From NCBI RefSeq assembly GCF_006345805.1, contig NC_042997.1:38192001-38256000 (forward strand): a DNA stretch of 64,000 nucleotides, written 5' to 3'. Shown here piece by piece: positions 12,860 through 26,202 of the stretch. The translations under genes and the position numbers were made by a program. Position 1 is the first letter of the stretch; every line of letters begins with the position of its first letter. The notes beneath the pieces were generated by a model. It was not told where the DNA came from, searched no databases, and was given only the letters and a program-made list of their open reading frames with translations. This DNA is from Octopus sinensis. Lineage: Eukaryota.

Positions 12860-13810
12860 TAAGCGCAGGAAAGTACACTTCCAGAAGGAGGGAAAAGGAT
12901 ATAAAACCAGGCCTACAAATAAAATATACGAGATAGACGAAAGATGGAAGGGATACTGGGAGGTGGCCACGGATTTGGAAAGACAAGTAATATTTCCACT
13001 AATAAAAACGACAAAAAGACCAGATATAATCCTATGGAACAGAGAACTGAGAATAGGAATTTTGCTACAACTGACAGTGCCATGGGAAGAGAACATCGGC
13101 AATGCAGAGGAGCGAAAGGAGAAGAGGTACGAAAACCTAATCGAAGAATGTAGAGAACAGGGATGGAATGTTGAGTATTACCACCTTGCAGTGGGGGCTA
13201 GAAGCTTCATTGAAAGAAAAATGACAACGCTATTCAAAAGAAGATTTGTTTTTTCTAGCTCGGAGCTGAGAAAACTAAGGAGAGTACAGGAGGCGGTCGA
13301 AAAAGCCAGCTTCTATATATGGCTGAAGCGGGAAGACCACAAATGGCTTGAAAGTCATAACATGCCGGCAGAAAGTAACATCACAAGGTGAGACAGGCTG
13401 ACATAGAATTAGCTTCGTTGATTGACAGGTGACGGTCGTTTAGAGAATACGTGGGCTAAGACTACGCCTCTTCATTGGTGAGTTAAATTTGAGACAGTGT
13501 CACACGACAACTTGCTGGGGCTGCCTGCTGGAGCCTAGCAGCAGGTATTTAAGGGGAAAATTTTGACAAGGAAGTCAGTCGCCCGCTGACACTCGTTGAC
13601 GCTTCATCGGAGAGGCCAGGGAACAGAAGAAAGAAGGCATGCACCCAAAACCAGAGCTGAAGACACCTCTGAAGGGGGGTGCGCCACGTCAAAACGGTAG
13701 AGCAGTAGGGGCCGAAACCGGACGTGGTTCCTCCTGGTGATGTTTTGAGCTAACTGGATCCTATAAAGGAGCTGTTGTGGTAGCAGACCACGAAACACGG
13801 TTGAAATTCT
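12860..13810 (+). mobile_element. HERO-like (R2 superfamily) non-LTR retrotransposon, 5'-truncated: restriction-like endonuclease plus 3' UTR
   Basis: ORF 12840-13391 has RPDIILWN...LTVPWEENIGNAEERKEKRY...C...GW, the RLE signature of HERO-type elements. Its terminal 38 bp recur at 61370. Confidence 0.88.
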
Positions 13811-14995
13811 TGTTCAAATGTTTTACCTTACATGATGTATTACATCTTGTTTTCAACATGTTATATTGTAAGCAAGCATCTTTATTAAGATTTTCCTTAT
13901 ATTAATAGATAAGTATTTCATTAAATTCTATGACAATTGTAACAATATTGATAATTATTTCTTAATTTGACATAAGGTCTCGAATGTGAAAAGGTGTGTA
14001 GATTGAGCAAACAAGTTATATGTATGCGTGTGAGTATATGGGTGCACGCACGCGTGTGAGGTGGTTCTTTGTTTCATGTTGCTGTTGCTGTAGGTGACTC
14101 TTAAATTATTCCCCCACCCCCAGGCTGCAGCTTGCAGATATTCTCGTGTCTCTTGCTTACCTTCTCACAATGAATACGAGATTTTTCCGACGACTCCAGA
14201 GATGTGATCAGGCCCTTTGTAGAATAAACAACTTCCTTAATTTGTTGTTGCTGTTTTTGTATTGCCAAGCCCTAACCGAAAGTCCGTAAATTGTATTTAT
14301 TGCCGAAAGTATAATACCTTTCATTCCTGCAGTGGATGCTTAGTCATAAAGCTTTCATTTTAACACCCACTTTGTTAGGTTATTGGCAATTATATGTTCA
14401 TGGGTGATCCTATACTACCCTTCGTCGAGACTGACCCTTTATCCATATTGTCACGATAAGCCAGGGTCTATACCGTCATTCATGTCATTGAATATGACCC
14501 TGATGTTTTTCATCCCCAAATATTATGGCATTAATTTATGGGCAAGAATATCTCTTACTATTTTGTCTAGCGCTTTCACAGTATCTTCTGGTGTAGAAGT
14601 GATGCAAAATATGCTATACGCTTTAAAGAGACGAACACATTTCTAATGACCACTACACATCTTGTATACGCCTATTTCTCATCTCTCATATCAATAAATA
14701 TGTTAACATTTAAGAGGCTAGCACTCATCTTATAATCAAAGAATTGATATCTTTGATTCATGCAGTAAAACTTTTCATGTCTTTTCAAGATGTTTTTTTT
14801 TAAAATTATTCTGTGGAAGATGGTGTTTGCTTAGCATTCACCACGCTTTCGTTGGATTAAAGAGTTGTAATTGTATTGCTGACGTTGTCGTTGCCAACGA
14901 GTTGAGCGGATTACGTTTTTTCTTTCTTTTTTTTTATTTCAATATAATTTTCTTTTGTCTCATTCTAACAACACAGGCACGCCTACAGATCGGAG

Positions 14996-15280
14996 GTAAG
15001 GAGCTCAACCATCTCTCTACTGTTACCTTCTGCTCATCACCGAGCACACTGGGATCAACCTTTGCACGAATTATGCGTATGTTCAGATCTCCATAAATAA
15101 TTATGTGTATGTTTTCCACACCGACTCCTAACTGTACTCCATGCAGAAAATTGCAAACTTTCTCAACCAGCTCTTATGGTCTGACATCACTCTTCCTCTT
15201 ACACCACTCGTCGTCTCTCAACTTTCCTTGAACTTCTTGTGTCAGCGAAGAGACGCTCGGCTCATACTAGTTAGTCCATA
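14996..15280 (-). mobile_element. Degenerate mariner transposase fragment (HTH to WVP linker region)
   Basis: Translation HKKFKE...DDE...ELVEKV...LGVGVENIHIIIYGDLNIRIIRAKVDPSVLGDEQK parallels mariner LGIS...ILHEDLxMRKVxAKWVPRxLTDEQK. Confidence 0.6.
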
Positions 15281-17166
15281 AATAGTCTGTCGTAAATTAC
15301 GTTCCTGCTGAGTTTTTACCCAGTTAACACAAAACGTTATTAAATAGCTAACTTCCAAATTTTCTTCATATCTCGACAAACTAGCCGAACTGTGAAAAGC
15401 AGTGTTCAATAGTGTGTTTAAAAGGCTATAACATTGGCTTCCTTCAATCTTAGGTAAAATTTGGTAGGCTTGCTTATAAGATGTATAACAATGATATAGG
15501 AAAACTTACAGTAATGTAGAACAGTTATAACTGCCGCTCCTAAAATTCTCGAACTTTTTGGAATACACCTCGTCACCCATCAGTACTCATTCATCATTTT
15601 CCTATTCTGCCTAGATAAAATGTTACAAAGTTTTCAAATGGTATTCTCTGGCATTTTCTTTCTTCAGTATCGAGCTTATTTTGATTGACGCTGAAACAAG
15701 GTAACTTTTGTTTCGATATATATTTATCACTTCAGTATGATACCCTTAAGTGCCTAACCGAGCTTGCTTGTTATTCTTTGGTTGCCTGTTTTCATTTTAG
15801 TATAACTTTATTTTATTTCATTATCCTTTTTTTTTATATAGGTTCATTTTTATTCTATCCTGTGATAAATGTCAGCTAACATAGCACTTTATGTCAGTGA
15901 AAGAGTGGGATAGATATATATATATATATTCGATCAGGTTTTCAAATTATGAACTTGCACTTTTTCTTTCTGTAGGGGAAGGGGAAAAAGACCAACTTCT
16001 GAAATAATTATGAGGTTTGATCTATGAGCTGCACACTTAACAGTAGCTTTGCCTTTCATCTTTGCGAGGTTTATAAAATATAACGCCTGTCTTGCACTGG
16101 AAGCGACACTATAAGCTGTGCTCCTCTCTGCAAATTTCCGCTTTTGTGTCAAAGTAATATATTTTAATGGTACTACCTCACTATATTTAATTTACTGAAA
16201 CTGAATTCCGTATGAACAAGTTCTCCAAGGATTAATCATATGCCGTGGAATAAACTTCAAAATACAAAAGCAAAGACATCGAATCAGTAATAGTAATTTG
16301 ATGAGGTTCCACTGTTGCCCTGAGAAAACAAATGGAATCGAGTCTGTAAAGTTATGGTTATTCTAAATTCATTTTGCCTTGTGCCACTTCATAAAAACGA
16401 AATATCCTATAACTTTTAATGCTCTGGGAGGTTTTGAAAGATCCATCATCTATTTTATAAATCTATTTAGAACAACAAAGATGAAAGAAATAATCGACAG
16501 CCATATATGTAGCAGCAAATAGTACTTAATCATATCTGGAATTTAGAGAATACAGGAAAACGGTCTAACTTTTATTTCATCGTTATATTCTATACGATAA
16601 AACAGAAGCAATGGGGTTAAATGGCAAAAAGAGGAATAGCATTTTGAAATGATTGCTTGAATACTAAATGAAAGTAGCCAGCATAATAAATGCCAGTTCC
16701 AGGAGGGAATTAATCAAGTTTTTTTTTTATATGAGATTGTTTTTGATATCTAATCAAAAGGCTCTAATGAATACTATTCATGAATGATCAATTGCAATCA
16801 ACTATTGGGCGGCATGCATTTGTGATGGCGTGATCTAAAAATTAGTAAATTCCCATCATAAAAAAAAGACAACTTAAAATTGATCTTCAATCTCAGCTAG
16901 TATGCATTACAGCTTCAACAAATTATTTCATATTAATTCTCAATACAATGTTATTTTTACAATATGAATATTCTACTAAAAGCAATAAACTCTTAGCAAG
17001 AAAGGTAAAAATAGAATTGCAATGAAAAATAGTGCAAAATATATCCGTTTTTCTTTTCTACAAAGCATTATGCTTCTTGTGGCTGGTATTACAAATATAA
17101 ATTTCGATATTAAGCTGTTAATGTAATAACTGTGATACACACACACACAAACACACATACACACAC

Positions 17167-17226
<60 letters not shown>

Positions 17227-17354
17227 TTTGAATACTTTGAATACTTTGAAAGGTTTCGGCCATTATTGGCCCAGGCCATGTCTAACTTAATAGCACCACC
17301 TGGTGAAGTCTTTCAAGTCAGAATTTGGGCACTATGGCCCACTCAAGTAGAGAG

Positions 17355-20344
17355 TTATTGTTTACAGAGACATATCCGGTGTAGGGGGTTTATCGGGATT
17401 TCTTGAAGGAATCTGTCCAAAGACTTCTTGAACCCTATAGGGTCAGTTTCTGTTTTAATGTGTTTTGGTGTAATGTTAAAGAGAGCGGGGCCAATTGAGG
17501 TGAAATAATTGTGCCGTATTGTTGTTATGAGATGAGAGTGCGATTTTTGTTTTGGGCGGATGGCACGGGGCCCAAGCCTTGGATGTACCTTAAAGGTGAT
17601 GCCAACATCATTTGGGCAATGCTGATGGAATATTTTCCACATCATGCAGATGATGTAGCGCTCACGACGACGTTGGAGAGAATAGAGTTTTAGCTTTTCT
17701 AGCCGACCCCAATAGTCGAGGCCTGTCATGCCATCTATCTTTTTTGTGATTGCCCTTTGAGGTGCTTCAACTTTTATGATACCTTGTATTGTGTGGGGAG
17801 ACCACAGTGGACAACAGTATTCAAGGTGGGGTCGGGCAAAAGTGGAGAAGAGAAGGATAATGGTGTGGATATCTCTCGACTGGAAAGTTCTGAGAATCCA
17901 GGAACACATTCTGCGGGCCATGTCAACTTTGGTGTTTATATGAGTGGCCAGCTTACGTTGTTGTCCACAATTACTCCCAAGTCTCTGATGTTGTTGGACG
18001 CCGCGAGAGTTTCACCTGAAGGAAGGGAGTATGGGAGTTTCAGGGCATCCTCTTTTCCAAAGTGGATTAGCTCAAATTTATCCTCGTTCAGCAGCATATT
18101 GTTTTTTTCTGCCCATTGGATAACAGCCAGTAGATCTGACTGAAGGCATGTCCGGTCACTCGCCTCATTTATGACCTTCTGTAGCTTGGAGTCATCTGCA
18201 AAGATTTTTATGTTGCTGTGCTTGATGATGTCATTAATGTCATTAATGTAAATGATGAAAAGAAGTGGGCCCAGCACAGTGCCTTGCGGAACGCCACTAC
18301 TGACTTTGGCTGGGCTTGATTTTACCCCTTCAACTACAACATGTTGAGATCTGTCTGTCAGGAAACACTTAATCCATTTCAGTAACTTTCCAGAGACACC
18401 AATGTTGGATAGTTTTTTCAATAGGATCTTGTGATCGACCCTGTCGAAGGCCTTACTGAAATCAAGGTAGATGACATCGGTGTTGGAGCCCTCTCCCAAA
18501 GCTCTCAAAATGTCCTCAAAGTGATGCAGGAGCTGCGTTAGGCAGTCCCTTCCATTACGGAACCCATGTTGGTTGGAGATCAGCCGTCTGTTGCTTTCCA
18601 GAAATTGGGTTATTCGAGATCTCACCACCCTCTCAAATACCTTGATGATATGAGAGGTGAGTGAGATCGGACGGTAGTTCACTGCAAGGGACTCGCTTCC
18701 CTTTTTGAAAACTGGAACAACAGACTGGGGCAGAAGGTTTTTTGGAATATAGCCAGCATCCAGTGAGTTTCTCCACAGATTAGCAAGGGGAGATGCAAGT
18801 TGGTGTCGACACACCTTCAGGACACAAGCAGGGAACCTATCGGGGCCTACTGCTGAATTGTGTTTTATTTCGTTTATCGCCGCTAAGACATCAGGGGCAC
18901 TAAACGTTATGTCCGATATAGTGTGTTGGGGGTTGACATCACTGATACAGCCCAGATCGGCCATATCAGGATTGCTGAAAACAGAGCAGTATTGTTTCTG
19001 CAGTATCTCGGCCATGGATTTGGCATTATCTTGGAGAGTGCCAGTTTCGTCAATTAGAGGGCCTACAGTGGAGACAGTGACCCTGCGTTTCCTCGCAAAT
19101 GAAAAGAACACTTTGGGGTTGAGTTTGATTTTTTCAATGGCCCACTTCTCCTCAGCTGATCTTTGGTTATTGATGAGGGTCTTCATGCATTGTTGGAGGT
19201 TATATTTTTTGGATTCAAGCAGTGCGATAGCCGTCGAATGTGTGTGTTGCTGTTGGCAGTACTTTAGTTTGTTAATTTTTTGTTTGTTCTTTTTTTTTTC
19301 TGATAATGGTTTTTCTGTTTTGGGGGATTCTGCACTTTTTGTTCACAGGTCTTGGTGGGGAGTGTTTTGCACATATGTCTGTGACGGTGTCTACAAAGAT
19401 CTGCCAAGATGTTTTATGGTTGGTGGAGATGTGTGTATGTGTAAAGGACCAGTCAACATTTGATAGCTCGTTCCTGATTGCATCCCAGTTGGCTTTATGG
19501 AGATCCATGTTGTCAAATGGGTGGGCTGGAGGAAGGTCACTAGGATTAGCTTTCGGCTGGTGGAATTTCATGTTACAGAGAACCATGTCATGGTCTGAAA
19601 GAGGGTTTTTTCCACTGTAACGTTATGTATAGTGTTAGTGTGGTTACTAAACACTAGGTCCAAAATGTTCTGATGTCTTGTTGGTGCAAAGACAAGTTGG
19701 GACAAGAAAAACTCATTCGTAAAGTCGAAAAGTGACTCTGCTGCTTCTTTGTCAGCGGTTGAGGCGGGAGTGCTTGGTTTCAAACAGTTTGTAGTCCAGT
19801 CAACACAGGGTAGATTGAAGTCTCCCATCATGAGTATGTTGCTAGAATGGCACTGTTGAATAAAGCACTTAATGCTGTTGAGGCATTCTTTAAAGCACAG
19901 TATGGGTGTTTGGGGCGGCCTATAGAGCCCAATTACTGTCAGGTCATTGGCTTTGTTGTGCACGGTGACTGATTCACAGTAGCCATTGGAGAATATACTA
20001 TTTCCATCTGCCGTAAATGAATCATGCAGGAAAATGGCAGTTCCACCCTTCCTCCTGCCGATACGATCCGCGCGGATGGTTGTGAAATTCTTCACTCTCA
20101 CTTCGGCTTCCAAGTGGGAGATGTCAAGGTGGGTCTCTGTGAGAATGAAGAAAGGGATGTGGTGTGAATGGTTACCTACCCAGTCTTCAATGAATTGGAC
20201 CTTCCATTTTTGTGCATTGATGGAAGGGCTGACACCTTGTGCATTGAGTAGGAATGTGGAGGTTAGTGTAGTGGCTGGTTTTGACTGTTGCAGGGGGGGA
20301 TTTTTTGTGTGTGTTAGTGGCAGCAATGTGGGGAATTGGTGCAC
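17355..20344 (-). pseudogene. CR1 ORF2 (APE plus reverse transcriptase), broken by about 3 frameshifts
   Basis: APE motifs LTETHL, GLYRPP, MGDFNLP, LDLVF. RT motifs YRPISLTS, QHGFR, YLDFSKAFD, GVPQGTVLGP, FADDSKL. C-terminal YWGRLEKLKLYSLQRRRER. Split across ORFs 19568-20344, 19272-19586, 17936-19186 and 17355-17921. Confidence 0.93.
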
Positions 20345-21543
20345 TGGGGTAATAGCATAGGATGGTGTTGAGTGATGGCTAGAATGTTTTTGTGTATCTC
20401 TTTTGCCATGTTCAACATGGCTAAAAAAGAATTTTCCTGCTTAGGGAGCAGTTTTTGGCTGGAGGTGTGGTTGCACTGTTGGGTAGGGTTGTAGTTTCCA
20501 CTTTTGTTGTTGTTGTTTTTGTGTCTTCCTGAAAAGACTGGACCAGCATTACTGCAGCATGGTGTGTTTCTATTTTTATTGTTATTCAGGTTTGTGTGTT
20601 GGCTTGAGGCCCCGTTTCTGTTTGTGCGTCGGGTCCCTGGAAGATGAGTGAAGGGACAGTCACTCAGTAGACATGTTCTCTCACGTTGGGAATACCGGCA
20701 GATTTTGGGACTCCGAGTTGTGTGTGTTTTGAATTTCGATTTACTATTTGGTGGTGTTGATGTTATTGTGGGATGCGTGCTTTGGCCTTGGCCGGTAGTG
20801 CGTCTAGTGCCGGGTAGATGCTTGAAGATGCAGTCACTATTTGTGCAGAGTCTCTGGCGCAGTGAATAGCGGCATATTTGGGGATTTCTTGTTTGTGCCG
20901 TGGGGGGCGCATTCTGCTTCCTATGTTTCTTTAAGTTTTTGTTACTGCAGTAGTATTGAGGTGGTTATGTGGGGGAAGAGGGCAGTGGTTTCTTATTTGG
21001 TTTTCTGTCGGTATTTTTGGTGATAGAAGACGATGGTGGCAGCGGTGGTGATGATGATGATGATAATTGTGGTGGTTGCTGTGAGAGCGGTGAAAAGATA
21101 CTGGCATTTAGTGAATCGTCTAGTAAGCTAGAGTTGAGGAGTGGCTGTTGTTGTTCTTGTTGCTGTGGCTGTTGTTGTTGTTGTTGTGCCTGACCGATGT
21201 CAGGGTCAGCCATTGTGCTGGGAACCAGGAGTGGCTCATTCTGTTGTTGTTGTTGTTGTGGCTGCTGATTTTCTAGCTGTTGTTGTTCTTGAACTGTGAA
21301 AATATGTAGAAGCTTTTCATAATGGCCTCTTATCAGTTTGAAAGATACTTCGATATGTTTCAACTTGCTACGAATCTGTTTGACGGATCGTGTGTTGACC
21401 ACTTGTGATGTTTTTTCGGCAATCTCATTCAAACACAAGACATTTAGATTTTCTGTTTGGGAAAGAGAGAGCCATGTGTTTATTAAAATATCAATTTCGT
21501 TATCAGACCAATTTCGTCTGTTGCAGGCCTGCAAGTTAGTCAT
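20314..21543 (-). pseudogene. CR1 ORF1 (~410 codons, one premature TAA): Myb/SANT-like domain, polyQ, two CCCH zinc fingers
   Basis: The frame of ORF 20965-21543 continues past the TAA at 20965-20967 to a stop at about 20314. It contains CRYSLRQRLCTNSDCIFKH and CRYSQRERTCLLSDCPFTH. Confidence 0.8.
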
Positions 21544-22318
21544 GTTGTTTTTCTTTTGTTTGTTTTCCTTTTGATTTTTGAAAATATATATATTCTTTCT
21601 TGGGAGTTAAAGAAGTGTATATATATATAAATGTTCTCTCTTAAGGGTGTGAGTTTTTGATTATTTGGTTGTTTGAGGATATTAAAAGAAAAACAGTTGT
21701 ATATAACAATTTGTAGTTAAATGAAAACGTACTTACGGGTTTGTAGGCAAACACGTGGTTACAAATATATATATATTTAAGGTCAGTTAGTTTTGAAGCT
21801 GTGTAGCTTGCTACTGACTTGGGAGAGAAACAAATAGACGTCCGTCCACTTCAACAGTTAATCCACATAATGATATGATATGATATATACATATATATCA
21901 TATGATATGATATATATATAAAAAATGTAATATATAAATAAATATCTGTAAATATAAACCATCCGATCTTCTGATTACCTCATTTCTTCTAATATATATA
22001 TGAATGTATATGAATGTATATGTGTACATATATACATGTATATCTATATACATGTCTATATAAACATTTATACATACATATATAAATATATATATATAAG
22101 CACATGAACACTCCATACATGTGTATATATCATATGTGCCAACATGTGTATAAACATATTTACATTGCGAAAATATTTAGTTATTTAATACGTATTTCCA
22201 AAATGTGCAGCATTATTTAATATGATACAATTCGCTATATGTGGTTGTGTGTGTATGCGTGTGTATACGTATACACACACACATATGTATATATATATAT
22301 ATATACATGTATATATAT

Positions 22319-22358
<40 letters not shown>

Positions 22359-22587
22359 ACACACATACATATTTATATAGTCACATATATGTGCATACAT
22401 CAATGCTTGTATGTATGTGAAAACATTTTTGAGTAAATACATTTAAGATGCGAAAAAAATTAAATTAGATATTTCAATATTTCGTTTCAGAAAAATTTAA
22501 TAGAACTGTGCTGTATGTATGTGCGTATATCAAGCTTCAAAATATCTACCTTTATGTATATACCTGTACGTAAGTATATATATATAT

Positions 22588-22912
22588 TGCGTAAATCCTC
22601 GAGTATAATCCGCATTTTTTCCAAAAATTTAAAGGTCAAAAACCATAGTGCGTACTATATACGAGGTAAAAAAATGAAAAATACTTTCTAGGTAATGTCC
22701 GAGTCTCTATTTTCTGTCCGGCAATGTTTATTCAGACGCATTTCCTGATGTCAGGCGCGAAAATACCTTAAGCTAAGCCTGAAAGCAATGAAGTCATAAA
22801 AGAATCATCCATAACTTGCAGTAAGCAACATTTATTAAACGTTATTACTGCTATTACTGTTATTTCTTTATTTTCTGCAAAAAAAATGCGCAAAATAGCT
22901 ACACGTTTGCAT

Positions 22913-22915
<3 letters not shown>
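22588..22915. mobile_element. Possible pogo/Tigger-type MITE fragment
   Basis: Starts after TA with cgtaaatcctcgagtataatccgcatttttt, a pogo-like terminus. No second TIR found. Confidence 0.4.
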
Positions 22916-22967
<52 letters not shown>

Positions 22968-23090
22968 CAGTGTACATTTAAACACATAAGAGTTATCCGT
23001 AATAGGATTCCTGGCACGCTAGAAGGAACGGCCAAAATCCAAATCAGCGGTAGTGAACATTTCTAAAAGTTTTATTACCCTGATAATATT

Positions 23091-23148
<58 letters not shown>

Positions 23149-24420
23149 CGAGGGGTACCCAAAAGTAACCACAAACGTTTCCTGTGGGACAAGCCCACAT
23201 TGTTCAGGTTCCCGCCGCTTGAAGCAACTTGGTGCGACCCTCAAGCATTAGTCTGCCGGCTGATGGCTTCTTGTGATGTTGTACTGCCACGTTGTGCGTC
23301 TTTGTTCGATTTTTGTGTTGGCTGAAACGAAGAAACAGCGTACTTCCGTGAAATTCTGTTTTCATCTGGGTAAAAAGCCGGTGGAAACAGCTCTCCTGCT
23401 TCAAACAGCTTACAAGGACGCTGTCATATGCAAAACACAAGTTTAAATGTAGTTTTCAAACCTTAATACATTCTTACTTGTCGCTTCAAAGCCAACCTAG
23501 TCCAGGGAATCTGTTGACCTCCTGAGCGAGTGAAAACATCACGACAATTTATGGACTGATCAAGCAGCACCACCACCGAACAAATGGCAACCATGCTGAT
23601 ATGGCTGGTGTGACTTGGAGCTCCTCCCAACGAATCTTGTGCCAGGAATTGCGAATTAAAAGGGTTGCAGCAAAATTTGTAATCCACTTGATCACGGATG
23701 ATCAAAAGCAGTCACGACTGAATGCATGTCGCGAACTGAATGAACAGTTGGAAGTTGATCCGAACCTTTTTTTCGAAAGTCATCACTGGTGACGAAAGCT
23801 GGCACCGAGTCTACGATCCGAAAATTAAGCAGCAATGAGATCAATGGAACCATTGAGTCTCACCACGCCCTCATAAAGTCCATCAATTAAAAGTCTAATG
23901 CCAAGACGATGCTGATTTGTTTCAGCAATGCAAAAGGAATTGTCCACACAATATTTGTACTTCCAGATCAAACTGTTAACCAGAAATTTTGCTTGGCAGT
24001 TCTGGAGCATTTGTGAGACGCGTTGAAACGAAAACAACCCAACCACTGGTAAAGCGGAGAGTGGTATTTTCATCACGACAAAGCACCTTCGCACACCGCC
24101 TTGAGTGTGAGACATTTTTTTTTTTACAAAAAATGGCCTAACCCCGTTTACTAACCCACCCTATTCACTCGATCTTGCTCCCTGCAACTTATTTTTGGTT
24201 CCCCTGAATGAAAAAGTCCTGAAAGAAAAATGCTTTGCAGGTTTTGAAGAGGTGAAGAAAAGTCGATTGAAGCCTTACAAGGCATCACTTCGCAAGTGTT
24301 CTAGGACTGCTTCGAACAGTGGTAAAATGCAACTGGACCGATGCATTGCTTCAATTCGAGAATACTTTGAAGGTGATAAAAGTGTACAGAGATTAAGCGA
24401 AATATAAATAATTAAAAAAT
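23149..24420 (+). mobile_element. Mariner (D,D34D-type) transposon, degenerate; right TIR not found
   Basis: TA-cgaggggtacccaaaag left end. Transposase motifs KRVAAKFVIHLITDDQK, VITGDESW, FHHDKAPSH, PPYSLDLAPC and GEYFEGD, with stops and frameshifts. Confidence 0.92.
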
Positions 24421-26120
24421 GATTAATTTAGCAAGGTTTACCAGAATATTTAAATGTTGAACGGTATCTGTGGTTAGAGGAAAATATAACATCCGAGAAC
24501 TTATTTAATGATGTAGGTTCATATCGATGAAGAATATTCATGGACTCTCTAATACACAATTTACATACATTCGTAATTGTATTGTATGGGGTGCTTCCGC
24601 TATTACTGACCAAGATAATGTGTATTGCATATTTTTTTAGTTTAAGTTCTTGTTATACGAGACTGGCGTTGTAGAAGATTTATATTTTGTGTTTAGTAAA
24701 ATTGTTCAAATGGGCCCTATATCTACGCTTAAAGCCTACAGTGCTTCTTAAACTCTTACCTTCTGAGTAGCAGGAATTACTACAGAACACACATATACTA
24801 CGTGTTTAATTAAACTGGAACCGGCTAACGGACGTGACTTCTTTATGCGACAATTACATGCCCCCCACCACCTGCATCGGTATTACTTTTCCGGTTATTA
24901 GAGTTTAAGTAACCCCCGTCTGTGAGAGCGTAATGTTTACGCTAGAGCTATTGTCAATTTTGGGGTTATAGAGGTCATTATAAAGATTTGTATGGGCAGA
25001 TTTCTTAAGTTTGAGATTAGATCTATTGATGGAAGCTATGATCGAAGCTAAATTCGGAGTAGTTGAGTACTACAATTTCGCGGATAATTTATTAAAAATA
25101 GAATAATATTTATGATTTTTAAGAAACTTTTCCTTCAGTATCTTCAAAAACAATTTTGTTGAAGATTTGACTTCAAGAGAGAAGGGCGGGGCAAACCATA
25201 TAGTTTAACGTTTCCTAGATTTTGAGTTTTTGGTCTGACTAGATTGATTGTGAAAACAGGTTTTGTATTTATGTGAATTTCTAAATACCATGTTATTAAT
25301 TCGAGCCTCATTCATACAATGTACTTTAATTGGTTTACCTAAAGGCGGCAGTATCCAATTTTGGGAGTGAACATACCCTTAAAATCTATGGATGACTGTA
25401 CCCCTGAAACGGCCTTAAGGGGATTACCACCAACATATTACCTAAACAGGATTACTTCTTCTGTCGGATTATTTACATATGTTTTTTTCATATATTCCAA
25501 CTCCAACGCTACGATGTTCTTTTATTCATTTTTCTGTAAGGGCATATTTTATTCTTAATAATTTATACCACGCCGTTGTAACCTAATTTCACTCATCTAC
25601 TTATATATGTATATTAGATTTTTTTATATTTGCATATTCATGAATTTTTAATATGTTATATTATTGTAACGACTGATACTTTGGTATTTTCTTGTGTAAT
25701 TAAATTTTTGAATCTAGCCGAAAACTGAAGAAGGGTCGGCTAGGTTCTCTGTGTTTAGTTGTCATGATTTCCCTTTTTTCTCGTTCTTTATGTAATTAGC
25801 TCGTTTTGTTTACGTATTTCATGTAATTTGAACTGTTGGTGACGTCCTATACACATATATGCATGCATAACTATCTATCTATCTATCTGGCGAAATATAT
25901 ATATATATATTATAGGTCATTTTCGCCCTTGCTCCCTTAATATAATTATATACATATGTATATAATTATTAATTTATTGTATAAATTGCGTATACATTTT
26001 TATTACATGCTGACTACCTGATAAAAATCATTAACGTGGTTTTTATCCTTATAATCTATTATGAATTAATATATATATATATATATATTATATTTTTGTT
26101 TTTCGTATATTGTGCGAAAA

Positions 26121-26202
26121 CATCCTGATGAAAGGAGTGTCAGTTTTAAAAATATGAAATATATCATATTAGTTGGCACGTCTCTGAAACGGCCCGTAGA
26201 TG
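26121..26202 (+). ncRNA. Type I hammerhead ribozyme motif (Penelope-like LTR remnant)
   Basis: Stem I catc/gatg; core CTGATGA (26125-26131); long imperfect stem II; GAAA (26186-26189); stem III acg/cgt; GTA cleavage triplet ending at 26198. Confidence 0.75.

Larger units (their letters stand above)
17225..21860 (-). mobile_element. Near full-length CR1-clade LINE (~4.6 kb)
   Basis: 5' UTR, ORF1, AP endonuclease, RT and 3' UTR in order. Ends in a (ttcaaagta)n tail next to a (TA)n tract. Confidence 0.95.

Noticed and set aside
14330-14640. Possible very old R4-like RT remnant on the minus strand (YLGMK..., ILSAINT)
   Set aside because: Many stops and only two short motif resemblances.
18858-19620. 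Plus-strand ORFs of 201 aa and 104 aa
   Set aside because: Antisense shadows of CR1 ORF2.
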